Source: Camelus dromedarius
Lineage: Eukaryota
Length of the DNA stretch: 64,000 nt
Reading direction: 5' to 3'
Assembly: GCF_036321535.1 (NCBI RefSeq)
Contig: NC_087436.1
Span: forward strand, 123,072,001-123,136,000
The translations under genes were made by a program, and so were the position numbers. Below are positions 49,875-63,745 of the stretch, piece after piece (the stretch's first letter is position 1; every line of letters begins with the position of its first letter). Under the pieces are notes generated by a model. The model did no database searches, had not been told where the DNA came from, and worked only from the letters and a program-made list of their open reading frames with translations.

Positions 49875-52800
49875 TCAACAAAGGTTCAGGTTCAGTGTAA
49901 AGAGTTACAGTCTGACCGGGAGGAGCGCAGGTGAGGAGGCCTGAGGCAGGGTGCATGCAGGCCCTGGGGCGTGGCCTCCACCTGTGAGGCCTCTGTCCTC
50001 ACTGCAGCCGGCCGCCTCCCGGAGGACGACGACTGGGACTGTCCTCTCCCCACCCCCGAGCAGTGCTTGCCGAGGGGCCCGTAACAAGCACTCGGCAAGC
50101 ACTCTTTCCTAAAACCCCTGTGGCACTGCCCTCTTTCCGAGCCCCCACCCTCTCCTCCTGCTCGGAACCGAGCAAGGTCAGCTGGGGAGCTGGATGGAAG
50201 GTCTGTGGAGCTGCGGGAGGAGGGGCCAGGGAGCAGGCAGGCCTCGCTGGGCCTCGGTAAGGGGCTGAGGGGTCTGCTGGAGCTTCTGGGCCCTCCGTGA
50301 AGGTGACCACAGGGAGCAGGCAAGGTCCCCGCCCACTGGGGGAAGCACAGCACACACATGACATCACAGAAGTCCAAGCATGTGCCCCAGAGTGTGGACA
50401 CCTTTTCCCCGCCCAGGTGGCCGGGGGTGCCCCTGAGCTGTGGCAGCTCTGACCGTCTCTCCAGCTGGACCGCAGGCTCATGAGGCTTTGTCTGGCCTGA
50501 TACAGTGTGTGCCAGGAAGCAGAGGAAGGGCTCTCCCCGGAGCCCTCAGCAGGTCTGGGACCTCTGGCCTGCAGCGCCGGTAGGTGAGAGGCCTGCATGG
50601 CTTCAGCCACTAGGTTCCTGGTGATCGGCTGCAGCAGAGGTAGGAGACTCGCCTGAATGCTGACACCGAGCAGGATCCGAGGACAAGCTTCAAGACGAGC
50701 ATCCCCAACAGGGCTGCACAGACAGAAATGCACTGCCTCCGGGAGACAGAGGCACAGACCTAGGAGGGCCCAAGGCTCCACCGGGGTGCAGGCTCAGCCT
50801 CGGCCAGTGGCCACAGTGCAGGCGGCTCGCGGGCTGCCCCGCAGACACGCTTGCGTCCAGTGCTGTTTAAGAAAAGGCAAAGGAAAGGAGACCTCTGGGC
50901 GGACGAGGCCTCTCGGCCTGAGAGGCAGTGCAGGGCCCGGAGGGGAGGGGCTGCCAGGAGATGATCTCGTCACCTGGGCAGAAACCCACCAGAACCAACC
51001 GTCAGAGCAAACTGAGGTGGTCAGCAAGGCTGCAGACTCAGTGCGCTTAGAGAAGGAGCAGTGACGCGCTAGGTCCAGGCAGTGAGGCAGGAGGCAGGCA
51101 AGTGTGCTCGCTTACCCGGGTCTGCCCTCCCCTCGAGCACAGGAGCAGACGCGGCCACCACCAGACAGGAGAGACTGGAGGGGCTCGGTGGGAGGGGCTC
51201 TCACGGGGGCTCGACTGGCCTGGGATCTGTGAGGAGGGCCAGGCTCGCCGGCGGAGCAGGAAGCGCTGGGAACAAGCACTCAGAGGACAGAAGCCCTGGA
51301 GCCGCTCCCAAGCAAAGCAAAGCAGCACAGGAGTGCGCCCACTGGGGACGTTCCTCCATAGCTGCCCTGACCGGGCCCAGCACCCGGCCCCATCTTGGGG
51401 GTGCTGTTCACACACGAGACACACTCACACCCACCACCAACCCAACAGCCAGACCAGAACCAAACCAGCTCCAAAGTCACGCAGACCCGGGGCCGGGCTC
51501 CACGCCTCCTTTGCGGAGGTGGGGGCGGGGGCGAGGGTGGGGTGGACTCACCCACCCACCTCCCAGCTCTGTCTGCTGAGGGGGCCTAGGAGTGACCACT
51601 TCTGGGTGGCCCCGGGGCCTCCTGTGCACACATCACTGTCCGTATGAGGAGCTGGTGCAGCCTGGACACGCGGACGACCCAGGGCTGGACAAGGGGCCGC
51701 TGTGCTCAGGCTGGGGACAACTGTCGCCACTACTTGTAACCAACGGAGCAACACAAGGCCTGTAAGGCCACACAGACGGACAGGCAGACAAGCAAGGGAC
51801 ACCCTTCCTCACAGACGAGTGTGGGCCGACAGACAGGAGGGGACTGTGAGGTCACCCCAAGACAGCACCTGCAGTGACCCACTCAGGGACACTAGTGAGC
51901 AGCCAGAGGAGCCATACAGTCTCCAAGGACCCCCGCTGGACACCTGCAGCTGCAAGGGAGGCGGGGCCTCAGGCGGGAGCCGCATGCCCAGGAGGACACA
52001 CCCCCTTGCGGGAGCCCGCAGGGACGGCAAACAAGCCCCGAGTAGGTGAGGTCCCTCCGTAACACCGTCAGGGGCACAGGGACCAGGAAAGACGAAGCAC
52101 CTGCTGACGGCCAGCCAAGACCGGCCTGGAAGAGGGGCCCTGCTCGGTAACCACCCACAGTCAGAGGCTGGGGCTCTGCCGGCCTCGGGCGCAGGAGCAG
52201 CTGCGCTCAGCTGGGACCCTGTCACCACCACCTCAGGAGGGTCCCATCCAGCCCCCTCGCTCTCAGGCTCTGCACAGCATCCGACACCAGACACCAGACA
52301 CCGACACCGCACACTGAGTGGGGCCCACCTGGACTGGACTGGGGCAGAGGCTCAAGGCTGCCTGTCCTGTGCCCTCCACAAAACTGCAGGCCCGGGCCGG
52401 CCCCTCAGATGCTTCCCCAGACGGCGCAGAGCAGGCCCAAGAAAGCCACGTCCCCCACCTCCGCTAGACGGCACCGTCCCCTCCTCCTGCCTCTGCACCG
52501 GCGCTCGGGCTATGGCCATGACTCGGCGGCTCCTCATCCACTGTCCCCTCTGCGCTCTGGCTCCTCACCTCGGGGCCCTCCTTCCGTCTCTCCTCCTCTT
52601 CCCATTTCTAGCACAGAAACGGCTCCTGCTACTCACTTCCATGTCAGTCACGTGTGACACACACAGTCCTGTAAGGAAGTTCTTACCAGTACTTATGGGT
52701 GAGTCCCACGTGGCCAACAGTGCAACAGTCAATCAGAAACATCACTCAGGAGAAAATCTGAATACGCACAAGTGTTTGTGCCCCAGAGATGACACTTTGA

Positions 52801-52924
52801 AGGAGTTACACGGAGCCAACTTCTCCTATGGCTACAATATACTCGTGAAGTGTAATTCAAGGCAAATTTAATCAATTCGCAAGCACTGAAAGAGGAGAAA
52901 AGTCAAAGTTCAAACTGCACTCAC

Positions 52925-53073
52925 CTGTACGCACAGCCTCGTCCTCCGCTACATGTTGAAGCCCGTGGAGACACCCGGGACCGGGGCGTCACCCACACGG
53001 GCTGTCCACGCGGAGCCCGGCCCCACTGGACCTGGAGCTTTGGCTGCTCAGTTAAATAGGTCTGTTCATTCAC
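52925..53073 (-). other. PCGF3: Probable PCGF3 5'UTR exon (149 nt)
   Basis: Strong acceptor (cttttcttctgattgttttaagcag|) and consensus donor (CAG|gtgagt), 3.1 kb upstream of the ATG exon. No transcript evidence available here. Confidence 0.7.
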
Positions 53074-53749
53074 CTGCTTAAAACAATCAGAAGAAAAGCA
53101 AAACTGAATGACAGTAAAACACCAGCACGAACCACGGAGACACGGGCAGGTCTTGGTGGCAGCTGGGTGGCACCGAGGCCCAGGGGCTGGTGGGGGGGCA
53201 GGCAGGGACTCCACCAGATGCTCTGAGGGCTGGGGACCGCGGGGCCACGCGGCTCAGTCGGGGCCTCGGGGACCTCAGCAGGCTGCCCACTTGCCTGCCG
53301 TGCTCCCCAGGCCTGCCGGAGATCCGAGGGCTCCCACCTGGCAGGCAGGAGAGGGGCTGAGCCCGACACCACGCGAGGCGCCTGTGGTTCCACGGCAGTG
53401 GCTACCCATGACCTGGGGACAAGGGCCTGACAGAGGCTTAAGTGACGTTCGCAGTGCATCCAGTTTGTGTCACTTTTACCCTCCAAGTTTCTCCATAACT
53501 GCATGTTGTGTTAACTAGTCTTTGAAGCTCAATTAACTTCCGCAAGAAAAAGGAAGAGAGGAATGGAGACGTGGAGGAAGATAGTTATTCGGGAAGATTA
53601 AAAGGCCCTTTAACGAGAGAACAGAGATGAAGAGACATGAATGTGGGTCTAGACCAGAACTGTCCGCGGGGTTGGAAACCTCTCCACTTGCTGGCCACGC
53701 AGTGGCCACTGAGCCCTTGAATTCTGGCTACTGTGACCGTGGAATCTCT

Positions 53750-54950
53750 CAGTGCACTTTGCTTAATTTAGCAACACAGTACAGACTGCTGACATGCACT
53801 CTTGGACAACAGGGAACAAAAGACACACAAATCCCCGGAACCTACATTCTAACAACAGAGGGAGACAGACAAGGAACACAACGTGCACAGAGAGACAGAT
53901 TCTCTGGACATCAGAGGTGACAAACAGCACAGGTAAGAGCAGGAAAGAGGGTCAGGAGCCCTGGTGGGGAGAACAGGGTGGTCAGGGAGGACTTCCTTGA
54001 GGAGGTGACATTTCAGTAATAACAGAATGTCATGAACAACTTTATGCTTGTAAAGTTGAAAGTTTATAGAAATTGATGAATTTCTAGAAAAATAACTCAC
54101 CACAGTTGAGGCAAGTAGAAATAAACAAACTGGAAAGTTCTTTAACTCCAAGGAATCTGACTCAGGACAGTTCCATGAAACCTGCGAGCAGGGACCAATT
54201 TCACAGACACTCTCAGAGAACCAGGAGACAGTGTCTCATTGTGAGAGCAGAACTGGGGGGACAAACAGACCAAGCGTGACAATCTGACACCTTGTCCAGC
54301 ATGAACAGAAGGGTCACCCAGAATGCAGTGGGCTCAATGTAAGAAATAAATCGAATTTATGACAAAAGATAAAAGAAGAGAAGTGATAAGACCTTCCCAA
54401 AGGCACATAGAAATCATTTAATGAAATTCATCATCCATTCATGATATCTAAAAATCTCTTAGCAAATGAAGAACACAAGGAAATGTCCGCACCCGATGAA
54501 GGTTCTCCACTTAAGAGACACTAATACAGAACCCACTCCAAGGTCTGTGCCTGACGTTCAAAGCTTTGTCCCAGCAGCCCTGCAGCCGCAGCGGGGTCAG
54601 CAGGTGGGAAAGAGCCCAGCCATGTGGCAGGGGCGCAGGGAAGAAATGCATGTCCCCACTGACACGTCCAGGGCAGGTTGGGACTGGGGTGCAGTCAGGT
54701 GACTGGACAGCAACTGCACATCAAACCAGGGAGCTTTAGTGCACGTAAACGATGTCTCCATAAAGTGTGTTTTACCCAAAAAAACCCAAAACAAAAAAAC
54801 TACAACACACATCATTCCTGGGGGTGAAACTGAAAGAAAACCAAACTCCTACCTTACACCAGGCTCCCTGTTCCTCATCCTCAAAAACCAGCTCTAGGTG
54901 ATAGAGACCAAATGTGAAATGCACACCTTTAAGCCTTAGGAGACATGAGG
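53750..54950. mobile_element. L2 fragment (- strand, ~53750-54010) followed by old L1 ORF2 fragments (+ strand)
   Basis: GGGTGGTCAGGGAGGACTTCCTTGAGGAGGTGACATTT is L2-like. GAACAACTTTATGC...GAAATTGATGAATTTCTAGAAAAATA is L1 ORF2-like. Confidence 0.65.
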
Positions 54951-57900
54951 GCTCCAGCTGGCGTGGCCTGCTCCCCTGCAGGTGAGGGACCCGCCCTGCA
55001 GGTATCCTTGCCCCAGATGGCAAACCCCGCCCGTGCCCTTCAACGGAACAGGGTGCCATGACAGCCAAGCAACGAGCAAGCCAACTGCCTGCAGCTCTCA
55101 TGAGGGAAAAGCTGGCCACGGTCAGACACACGTGTGGGGCTCGGACAGGCCGTAGCCCCGCCCACACCAGCCACTGAGGGTGACTCCGGCTGGTAGAGCA
55201 GGCCCCGCCATCCATGGAGCCTCCTGTCCGGCCCAGTCCCGTGGACGCCTTCTCACCAAGTCTGATTTATCTCAGTTCCCTAACTGGCAGAAACTTCAAA
55301 GCTGGAAAATAACCCACCGTAAACAACCTGGTCCTGCCCCACGGCCAGTGCCGCCTGCGAAGCTGGGAGAGGGCACAGGGCAGACACCCCGGCCCACAGG
55401 CTCTGTGACGGGGGTCTGGGCGGCCGCCTGGCAGCCACAGGGGACCGAGGTCTGAAGCTGACCGACGAGTGAGTGCCAGATGGGCCGCGTACTGGCTGCC
55501 AAGTGTCCCAGGACAATTTTTCGCTGCACGTGACATACATGCATACAATTAATTGATGTTTTATTGACACTAAAAAACATAAGACCAAATAATAATGAAA
55601 CACAGCACCAGATCTGTCCCCCTTCCTGAACCAGAGGCGTGGGGGCTCACTTTCTGGCCCATTACCCTCGACACCAGTGCCGTCCACCTGTGCTGCCCAG
55701 CGCGGTGGCCGGTGTGGCTGCAGGACACAATCCCTCTCCTCCAGCCAGCACCTGAGACTCGTCCTGCCAGAGGCTAGCATGGTCAGCCCTTGGCTGGGCC
55801 CTGGGACCCTGGATGGTGACAGTTCCTGTCATTAATTTAAAACTTTACCTGAATGCCAAGAGTGGCCCCCTGTGCCCAGAGAGTGTGGTGCGTGCCAGGC
55901 AGACACCTCCAAGAGCCCTGACAGGCCCCTGGGTGACAACGTGTCCGTCCATGACCCCAGGGGAGAGGACTCCAGAAGCCCCGCCCAGTTCTCCCAGGCC
56001 TCGCCCTACATGCCTTTTCCTTCGCTGATTTTGCTGTGAACTTCCGCTGAAATAGTCTGGAGCCCTGAGCACAAGGAGTCCTTCCGGCAGGTCACAGGAG
56101 AAATGCACACCTCGGACTCTCAGTGCCCTGGGCCTGCTGGGCCGTCGATGGGACCTGCCCTGACAAGCCCATTGCAAGCTGACCGAGGGCTGGCAGGCGG
56201 CCTCTTTCCGGCCCCGCAGCCCCACAGCACGTGCTCTTGTGGGGACCCTACTGCCCTCCCTGGGGCGGAGGGGGCAGCCTCCACACCCCTTCCCTGGTCT
56301 CCAGGCTGACCAGACCCCACTCTGGACACCGTCCTCCTGCTTCACAAGGGCACTGACCGTTCCAGCAAGCCCTTCTCGTTCCAGAACCTTCCATACCTCC
56401 CTCCCGACAGGACCCCTCCCCACAGGACCCCCCAGCCTTTCACCCCTCTCCCCCGACTTCCGTCCTCTACTCTATAGAACTGCTCTCGACAAGGTCCCAG
56501 GCCGAGGACATTACCAACCCCCCCTGTGCAAGGCCACTGCCCACCCTGCAGCCCAGTTGATCCCTCCAACCCAACACCCCAACTTCTCCCACACAGCACT
56601 GCCACCGGGGGAGGTAGGAGGTCGTGGAGACCAGCTGCGCACCAGACCCTCCCACACCACGAGGGGTTACTAACAGACCCCTGGCCCGTCTTCCCACGTC
56701 TGCAGGTCAGCTGCGTGTGACCAGCCGTGACCAGCAGGCCTGCCTGGAGGCGCCCACTCCCTCCCCTCAGGGACCCCCAGGGAGAGAACCTGCCTCCTCA
56801 CACCCCCAGGGGTCATGCTTCCTTCTGTTAACATATCCTGCAAGAAACTCAAAGTTTTCCACTTACTTTTGAGTTAGTTTTGCTAAGTTATATTTTCCAG
56901 GGAAGAAGGCCATCAAATTCATTGGCACAAAATTGTTCATTGCATCCTGTGACCTCTATAAACCGCTTTACTGAAAATACTTCACAAATTAACAACTACA
57001 TGCTTAAAAGGTAATATTCTGTAAGGACCGCCAAGAGCAGGACCCATCCCCGGGGACCCCCATCTTCCCAGACGACAGCCCTGAGCCCCGGGGATCAGGT
57101 GTGCACTCTTTTCCTTTGGCTCCTTTCACTCAGGTAACGGTCCTGAGATTCGCCCGTGGGGCCATGGGGATGAACAGCTCCCCCTTTCTGTTCTGAGCAG
57201 CGTCCACCATAACTCTGGCCCACTCACCAGCAGGTGGGCATCTGCGTTGGGCATAAGCCTGCTGCGGACAGTCATGGTCACGTCTCTGGACAGACGTTTC
57301 GGACAAATGCCCACTGGGGAGGTTGTGTGCGCCTGTGGGGTCCCTTCTCCCGCTCCATCCTCCCCCACACCACACCCTCTGTCCGACATCTGTGCCCACG
57401 GCCAGTTCCTGGACAACACCACAGCTCCCATCTGGACGGCAGATCCACCCAGGACAGGCCCCCCACCCCCACTCACATCATCAATTCATTCTCCGCAGAC
57501 AAGTCTGACCAACACTTAGAATAGCAAACCAGATGGGTCCCTCCTGAATAAACCAATCTAAGGGACACCGACTCCTGCCAGGCCATGCCCTCCCTCCAGG
57601 CTCCGCCCCATTCACATTGGCGTCCACACCAGCTCCATCCACGGCAGGGCCTGCCCACATATCCACGTAGTCCACATCGGCTCCACTCCCAGGGCCTCGC
57701 CCGCCTCACAGCTGTGTAAGCTCTGTTCCCCGACGGCCTGGTGCTTCAACCACCGCGTGGTGGGCAGAGACCCCGAGACTCTTGGACAGGCCACCAAACC
57801 CCAGTCCAAACCCCCAAGCTGTCACCCTCTTCAGTCACCCCCTCAGCAGAACCAAGGCTGTGTCCTCACCATGGGACACCACGCCCAGTGGAGCGCCTGC

Positions 57901-59289
57901 TGGGAGCCGGGGCCCAGGAAGCAAACGCTGTGGGATCAGCCAGAGCCACCCTTTCTGCCCTCACCCGGAGCTCGGGAAACCCGTCTGTCCTCATTCTCAC
58001 AGAAATCACCAAACTGCCGAGCCCTCCCTGCCCGGCCTGGGCACTCCGTGCTCCTTGCTCCCCCACCGGAGGGGCTGGGCAGGCACTGTGCCCGGCCCCC
58101 GTGGCAGCGTTGGCACACGGCGGGCTCCTCACACGCCTGCTGGCGTCCTCCACCTGTCCTGCTCCTCACCCGAGCGCCATCCTGCAATGGCGCAGCGCCC
58201 AGCATGCGGCGGGACTCACACCCCGAGGGCGTCACAGGGTCTGCACTCAGGCAGACGCAGGGATTCGCCAGAACCTTGTCTGGATAAGCACACCCATACT
58301 GTGGACATCCTGGCTGGGACACTGAAATCAGGCCAAGATCACAAGAGAAAAGAAACTTTAAATGTATTTCTACAAGGCTACACATCACCATGAAAGCTTT
58401 TAAAAAATAATAAAAAGGAATAACATAGAAGTGCTTTGAATTCAGATTTTCGAGTGGGATCGCGACTTACGAGTTAGAGTCCCCGCCCACCACTCCTCCA
58501 ACGGGGACCTGACCCTCCAGCAAAGGCCTCCCCGGCCCCCAGGGCACCGTGTCTCAGCCCCTCGCCCCGCCTCTGTGTGGGGTCTTGGCCCCACTCAGGG
58601 ACGCTCCGCCCTGCTGCACACCACGGGGCCTGGACCACGCTGCTCCTTCCCGATCCCCACAGCCTGGTGTGCCGACGCGTGTTGAACGAACGGACAGACA
58701 ACCACCACTCGCTGACGCGGCAAAGGCTGGTGGCCACCTCTGCTGCTGAGTCTGCTCCCAACTCTCATTTCTTAAATTAAGCGTCTGCACAGGTATTTGG
58801 GTGTAACTTCATGACTGAGACAGACACCGAGGTGGGACCCCAGGATGTGTCCTCAGCAGCATCCGCGTCAGACACCTGCCACGACCAGACCAAATGCTCC
58901 CAGGTGGAGGCCACAGGGCCCAGCCCACGCCTGCTCCAGCCTCCTCCCCGGGGCCCCACCACCACGTTTACACCTCAGGTTCCTCCAGCTCAACACTCCC
59001 CAAACCCAAATTCAGAACCAGTCACCTGTGGCCCACTCGGAAGGCACACATTTCCACACGGTATTGGCATCTCCAAGTCTCACCTGGATTTCCCACCCAC
59101 CAGGGCTTGTGCCTGGTCTCAGCCGCACTGCCCGCACCCCTCGACCGTGCCATCCCCACCGGGCCATGCTCACCACTCCCAGCTCGTGGGACTCCCCTGT
59201 GTAAAGTCCTCCAAGTCTCAGAGAAAGCTAAGGCATCCGGCAGCCACTGCGGCCCCAAGCTGCCGTCCTCACTCGGACCCCCTGTGAGC

Positions 59290-60090
59290 TGCAGAACTTT
59301 CTAAGTGCAATCCTGCCTCGCCGTCCTTGCGTTACTGTCTCTGTCAGAACATTCTCTCTCGGGTGGCCACACGGCCCCTCCCTCCCTTCCATCAAGCCTT
59401 CTCTCAAATGTCACCTTGCCAGCAAGCCTTTAGAGAACACCTTGTTTAAAATGACACACACACAGGACTCTAAGCCACCACCTTTGAACTTACAATTCAC
59501 ACATTTATTTTGCTATTACCAGCTCCCTACACAACAGTGTCAGCCATGTGACTAGCAACACTGAAAATTCAATAGGACGATATGATAAAGTTGAGGAAAT
59601 CTTCCCAAAGGGTCGAAAAAGACAGGAAATATAAAAGATGCAACATCCAACTAACAGGTGTTTCAGAAAAAGAAAACAGAGAAGGAGCTTTGAAACACAA
59701 TTTAGTATTTTACTTCTTAAGTTGGGCAACGAGCACACGGGTATTTGTATGTCATTCTCTACGCTCCTCTTGAAGACTTGGAAAAAAATTATTCGAGTTT
59801 CCCCAGTTGGAAGAATCATCAGACTGCAAGGGCCCACGTGCCAACCCACATCCAACCATGTCCTCAACCTCAAGACCCTGAGGGCACAAGGAAGGACCCG
59901 AAGTTCCGGGGGAGAGGACCCCCCCTGCCCACCGCCATGGAACAGGACTCAGAGCGTCGGACTCTTCACCTGTAGGACTGAACCCTAAAGGTCAAGGGAG
60001 CAGCTCTTTTACCGTCCTGAGGAGACAGCTTTCACGCAGAATTCTGTATCCCAGCAAACTGCTGACCAAGTGTGAAAAGAAATTCCACAG
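59290..60090 (+). mobile_element. L2 piece and old L1 ORF1-region fragments
   Basis: CTCAAATGTCACCTT is L2-like. CAACATCCAACTAACAGGTGTTTCAGAAAAAGAAAACAGAG and AGAATTCTGTATCCCAGCAAACTG are ORF1-like. Confidence 0.55.
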
Positions 60091-61087
60091 GGCTCAGGTC
60101 ACGAGTGCTAACACTCGTTCAAACTGAGCACCTGACATGTGCCCGCAGCTGTGCTCACGGGTCATGACAGGTGGGCTCGGAGCCCCAAACCCCGCCGCTA
60201 ACCAGACCACTCAAACGCACCAGCAGCGAGGAGCACCTTGAAGAAGAGGATCCAGGCCGTGAAGCCAAGGATGGTGAAGGGGCCACTTTTCACTAAGACC
60301 AGAGGAACTCTGACAGGGCGGTGGGGGGGCACTGTGCAAATGGGGTGAGGGACCCCGTGAGCCCAGTAAGACCACCACGTGGCCGGCCAAGAGACCGAGG
60401 CATCGGGATGGGATGGGGTGGGGGGCCAAGGACAAGGGCCAAGGAAGGCACAGGCTCAGACGTGGTCCTTGAGGACGTGGGACAGGAGACAGTAACGTCG
60501 GGCAAGGTAAGGCAGGAGGGAAGATGCAATTGGAACGGAGCCTTGAAATAGACTGTATTAACATAATCACATCGATTTCCCACTCTCAGATCCAAGCTTT
60601 GGAGACGCATGAAAACATGCAGTGGGAGGGGCTGTCGAACCCCAAGATTCTACTGGCAGGCAACTGGCCAACAAGGCTGCTGGCCACAGACACGAGGCCT
60701 CTTCAGGAGAAAGACCACTCAGCCGGAACCTGGTGCCCAGAGGGCAAGCTGGGAGCCGTCTGGGTCACCCTGAGCCTGAAACTCGACCCAGGACCTCAGC
60801 TGGGAGGACCCCGGGGCTCAGAGCTGTACTGGACCTGTGACCTGTTACCTCCACTTCCCAGGAGGCCCAGGACAGCTGCACCTGCTGTCCCGTCTGTCCT
60901 GTGGTGCTGGGTGCTAGGAGGGCGACCTGTCCCCAGGTTCACAGGTGACCGAGGGTTGTACCCAGGGGATTACACCAAACAGATGACAGGGGGGATGTGC
61001 GGGCACCTTGGTAGGGAGGGGCAAGTGTGTCTGCATTTGGCAGGATGTGAATTCTGGGGGCCAGAGAACGGTACACTAAGAGAATTA

Positions 61088-61540
61088 CTACGGCAGGCAG
61101 AATTCTGAGATGGCCCCAAGATTGTGGGCCCTGGAGTACACATACCTCTGCCCTTACCAACCCAGGTACTGCGGTAAGGGGCTTTTGAAGATGTAATTAA
61201 AGACTCACATCAGCTGACCTTATGGTAGGGCGAGTATCCAGCGGCCTGACCAAATTCATGGTCATTCAAAGCAGAGTTTCCTCCAGCTGGTGGCAGAGGC
61301 AACATTCTCTCAACTGCTCGCAGTCCTGGGCAAAGGCCCTCGGGCGTCCCCAGCCAGTGGGTCCCAGGTGAAAGCTGCAGTTTGGCCCAAATGTGGATTT
61401 CAGGCTCCGAGGCCCCGAGCAGAGGTGTCGGCCGCAGCCGGCTGGACTCCTGACCCGTGGAGCTGTGACTAGTAAGTGGGTGTCCTTTCAAGCCACCAAG
61501 TCAGTGTCAATTCGTTATCCAGCAACAGAAAACAAATACG
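61088..61540 (+). mobile_element. MaLR solo LTR (MLT1D/E/F-like)
   Basis: GGCAGGCAGAATTCTGAGATGGCCCC...TTTGAAGATGTAATTAA...TTCAAGCCACCAAG...CAGCAACAGAAAACAAATAC. Confidence 0.8.
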
Positions 61541-61704
61541 GTAGTTTAGAGGCATGGAAGTTACTCGCAGGAGAATGGGCTAGGTTCCCAAACATGTAGA
61601 ACACAGAGGGGCCACCACCTCTGAAAATATTCTCATTAGGCAGCTATTCTTCCAATTCTACAGATAAGAATCAGGTTAATAAACATGTAGAAGAAGCTGG
61701 AGCC

Positions 61705-62015
61705 CGCAGTACAGATCGGATTGTGCCCCCAGAGATCACATGCTGAAGCCCTAACCCTCGTCTCCAAGTGCAAGGCCTCGGGGAGGGTCAGATTCACGAG
61801 GGTGGTTAGAGTCATGACAGGTCAGGGCCCTTACAGGTATACCGGGTGCTGCCCCACTGCCCCACCAGCAAGCACACAGCGTGGGCCCATCCGCCGGCCA
61901 GGAACCGAACCCACCAGCACCTTGATCTCGGACCCCAGCCCCCAGGACAGTGAGAAACAAACGCTGGCCCTGTAAACCACCCTGACTGGGGCGTGGTTGA
62001 GGCAGCCGGCCTGGG
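61705..62015 (+). mobile_element. MaLR LTR (MLT1A/B-like), diverged
   Basis: TTGTGCCCCCAGAGATCACATGCTGAAGCCCTAACC...GCACCTTGATCTCGGAC...GTGAGAAACAAA. Confidence 0.7.
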
Positions 62016-62650
62016 ACAGCCCCCCTGGCCTCCTTGCCAGGTGGCCTTCAGTGAAAGGCGGGGAAACCAGTGGGCATCAGCAGCCCCACTCCAGGGCCCG
62101 GAAGGCAGTTACTCAGCAAAGGAAATGTTACTGCACAGCAGAAGCCACAGTTCCCTCCACAAGCATGAACCTTCTGTAAAGTCGGCTGAAAGTAGCAAAG
62201 CCGACAGAGGGGGCTGACCGTGCACTGGGGGAAATGGTGGGATGGCCCACAGACGGCCTGGCAGATTCACAGAGCAAGTGTGACCCTCTGGGACAGAGGC
62301 CCGACCCCTGGGCCTGGTGCTGGGACCCCAGGCCTCTCCAGATAGGCTCGGCCAGCCCACAGGGCCCTGCCTGAGAGCCGGCAAAGAAGGGGGCCAAGCA
62401 GCACCAACCACGCCGTCCCACAAACCCAGAGCCCAACCAGCCTCCCTGTTTAGTCTACAGAGTAAACTGGAGACGACAGACTAGGGTGGGCGACGCACAG
62501 GTGAAGAGTCGGAAAATCCAGATGTGATAGGTGGCCTGAAAAGTCAATGCTGAGGCGGGGAAGGCGGGGCGAGATGCCACCAGCGCCACACGGGGAGCCG
62601 TCTGCACCAGGCTCAGGGAAGTGCCTGGGAGACGCTCTGGAGACAACGAC

Positions 62651-62670
62651 GGGGGGGGGGGGGGGGGGGG
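62651..62670 (+). repeat. G20 homopolymer
   Basis: Read directly. Confidence 0.9.
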
Positions 62671-63646
62671 AATGCACCAGAAATCAGCCAGCATGTGGCC
62701 GGAGGGCCCTTCTCCGGGTGGAGCCTGGAGCCTCCGATGACGGGGCCTGTGGGCTCCGCCTCACTTGGGGAGCACGCCAGGCCGTCTGCAGCTGCTTTCA
62801 GGTGAGCCCACAACAAACGGTGCATTTAGAAACAGATAAGCAAGTACGGCAAAACTCAGATGAGGCCTGGGTGGAGGGGGGCCAAGGGTGTTCCCTGCCC
62901 AGTCTGTCAGCTTTTCTCCACTGTCCTGCTTTCTCAATGAAAACTGGTAAAAAAGGAACGTGAAATCACTTGAAATGAAAAGAAAGCCCCGTCCCCATTG
63001 CCCCTCACTGCCCGGCTGTGCCTGGGCCCTGTGGGGTGATCAGGGTGCAGTCCTGGGGTGACCTAAGAACCAAAGGAGTTAGTACACACACCACCTTCAG
63101 ATCAGGGCCTCAAAAGGCATCAAGCAAGGTCAGCTTTTAGTTACTCTTTGTCAGGCATCTATTATGGAGCAGGCCCTGCTGAGCCAGGAGATACAGCAGC
63201 TGGTGAGACCCCACAAGACCCACAGGGGACCCACAAGTTAGCAGGCTTCTCGGAGGTGGGTGGACAGCTCTCTACAGTTTGCTTATTTCTTGTTAAGCAT
63301 CTAGCATTTGCTGTTAATGTAGTAAAGTCCAGCAAATATTGATGTATTTGCCAAAAAAAAAAAACCCAGTTAATCTTTACTCTCTAAATTCACCTAAATA
63401 TTAGACGTTCTCTTCAAAATAAAAATCAACCTACCAATGGTTTTTTTAAGGACCATATTTTCTAGTGAGTTTTAGTCCTTATGGGTGAGGGTTTTTCCTT
63501 AACTCAATAGACAATTCTAAAAGTGCACGTGAGCAATGCTCATGCCTTAACCCTCTCTTCAGACGTTAAGGGTTTCATTACTGTCATTCGGGCCCTCACT
63601 TAATTCAGTGCTGTAGGGAGAAACAAGCAGATTAGAAAAGAAAGTC

Positions 63647-63745
63647 TTTTTTTTTTTTTCTTCTTTTTTAATGGAGGTACTGGGAACTGAACCGAAGACT
63701 TTCTGCATGCTGAGCATACACTTTACCACTAAGCTATACACACCC
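63647..63745 (-). mobile_element. tRNA-derived SINE (camelid Vic-1-like) with polyA tail and probable TSD
   Basis: Minus strand GGGTGTGTATAGCTTAGTGGTAAAGTGTATGCTCAGCATGCAGAAAGTCTTCGGTTCAGTTCCCAGTACCTCCATTAAAAAA carries A and B boxes. AAGTCTTT flanks it at 63642 and 63749. Confidence 0.88.

Noticed and set aside
63670..63745. tRNA gene
   Set aside because: A and B boxes are present, but a polyA tail, TSD and imperfect stems indicate a SINE.
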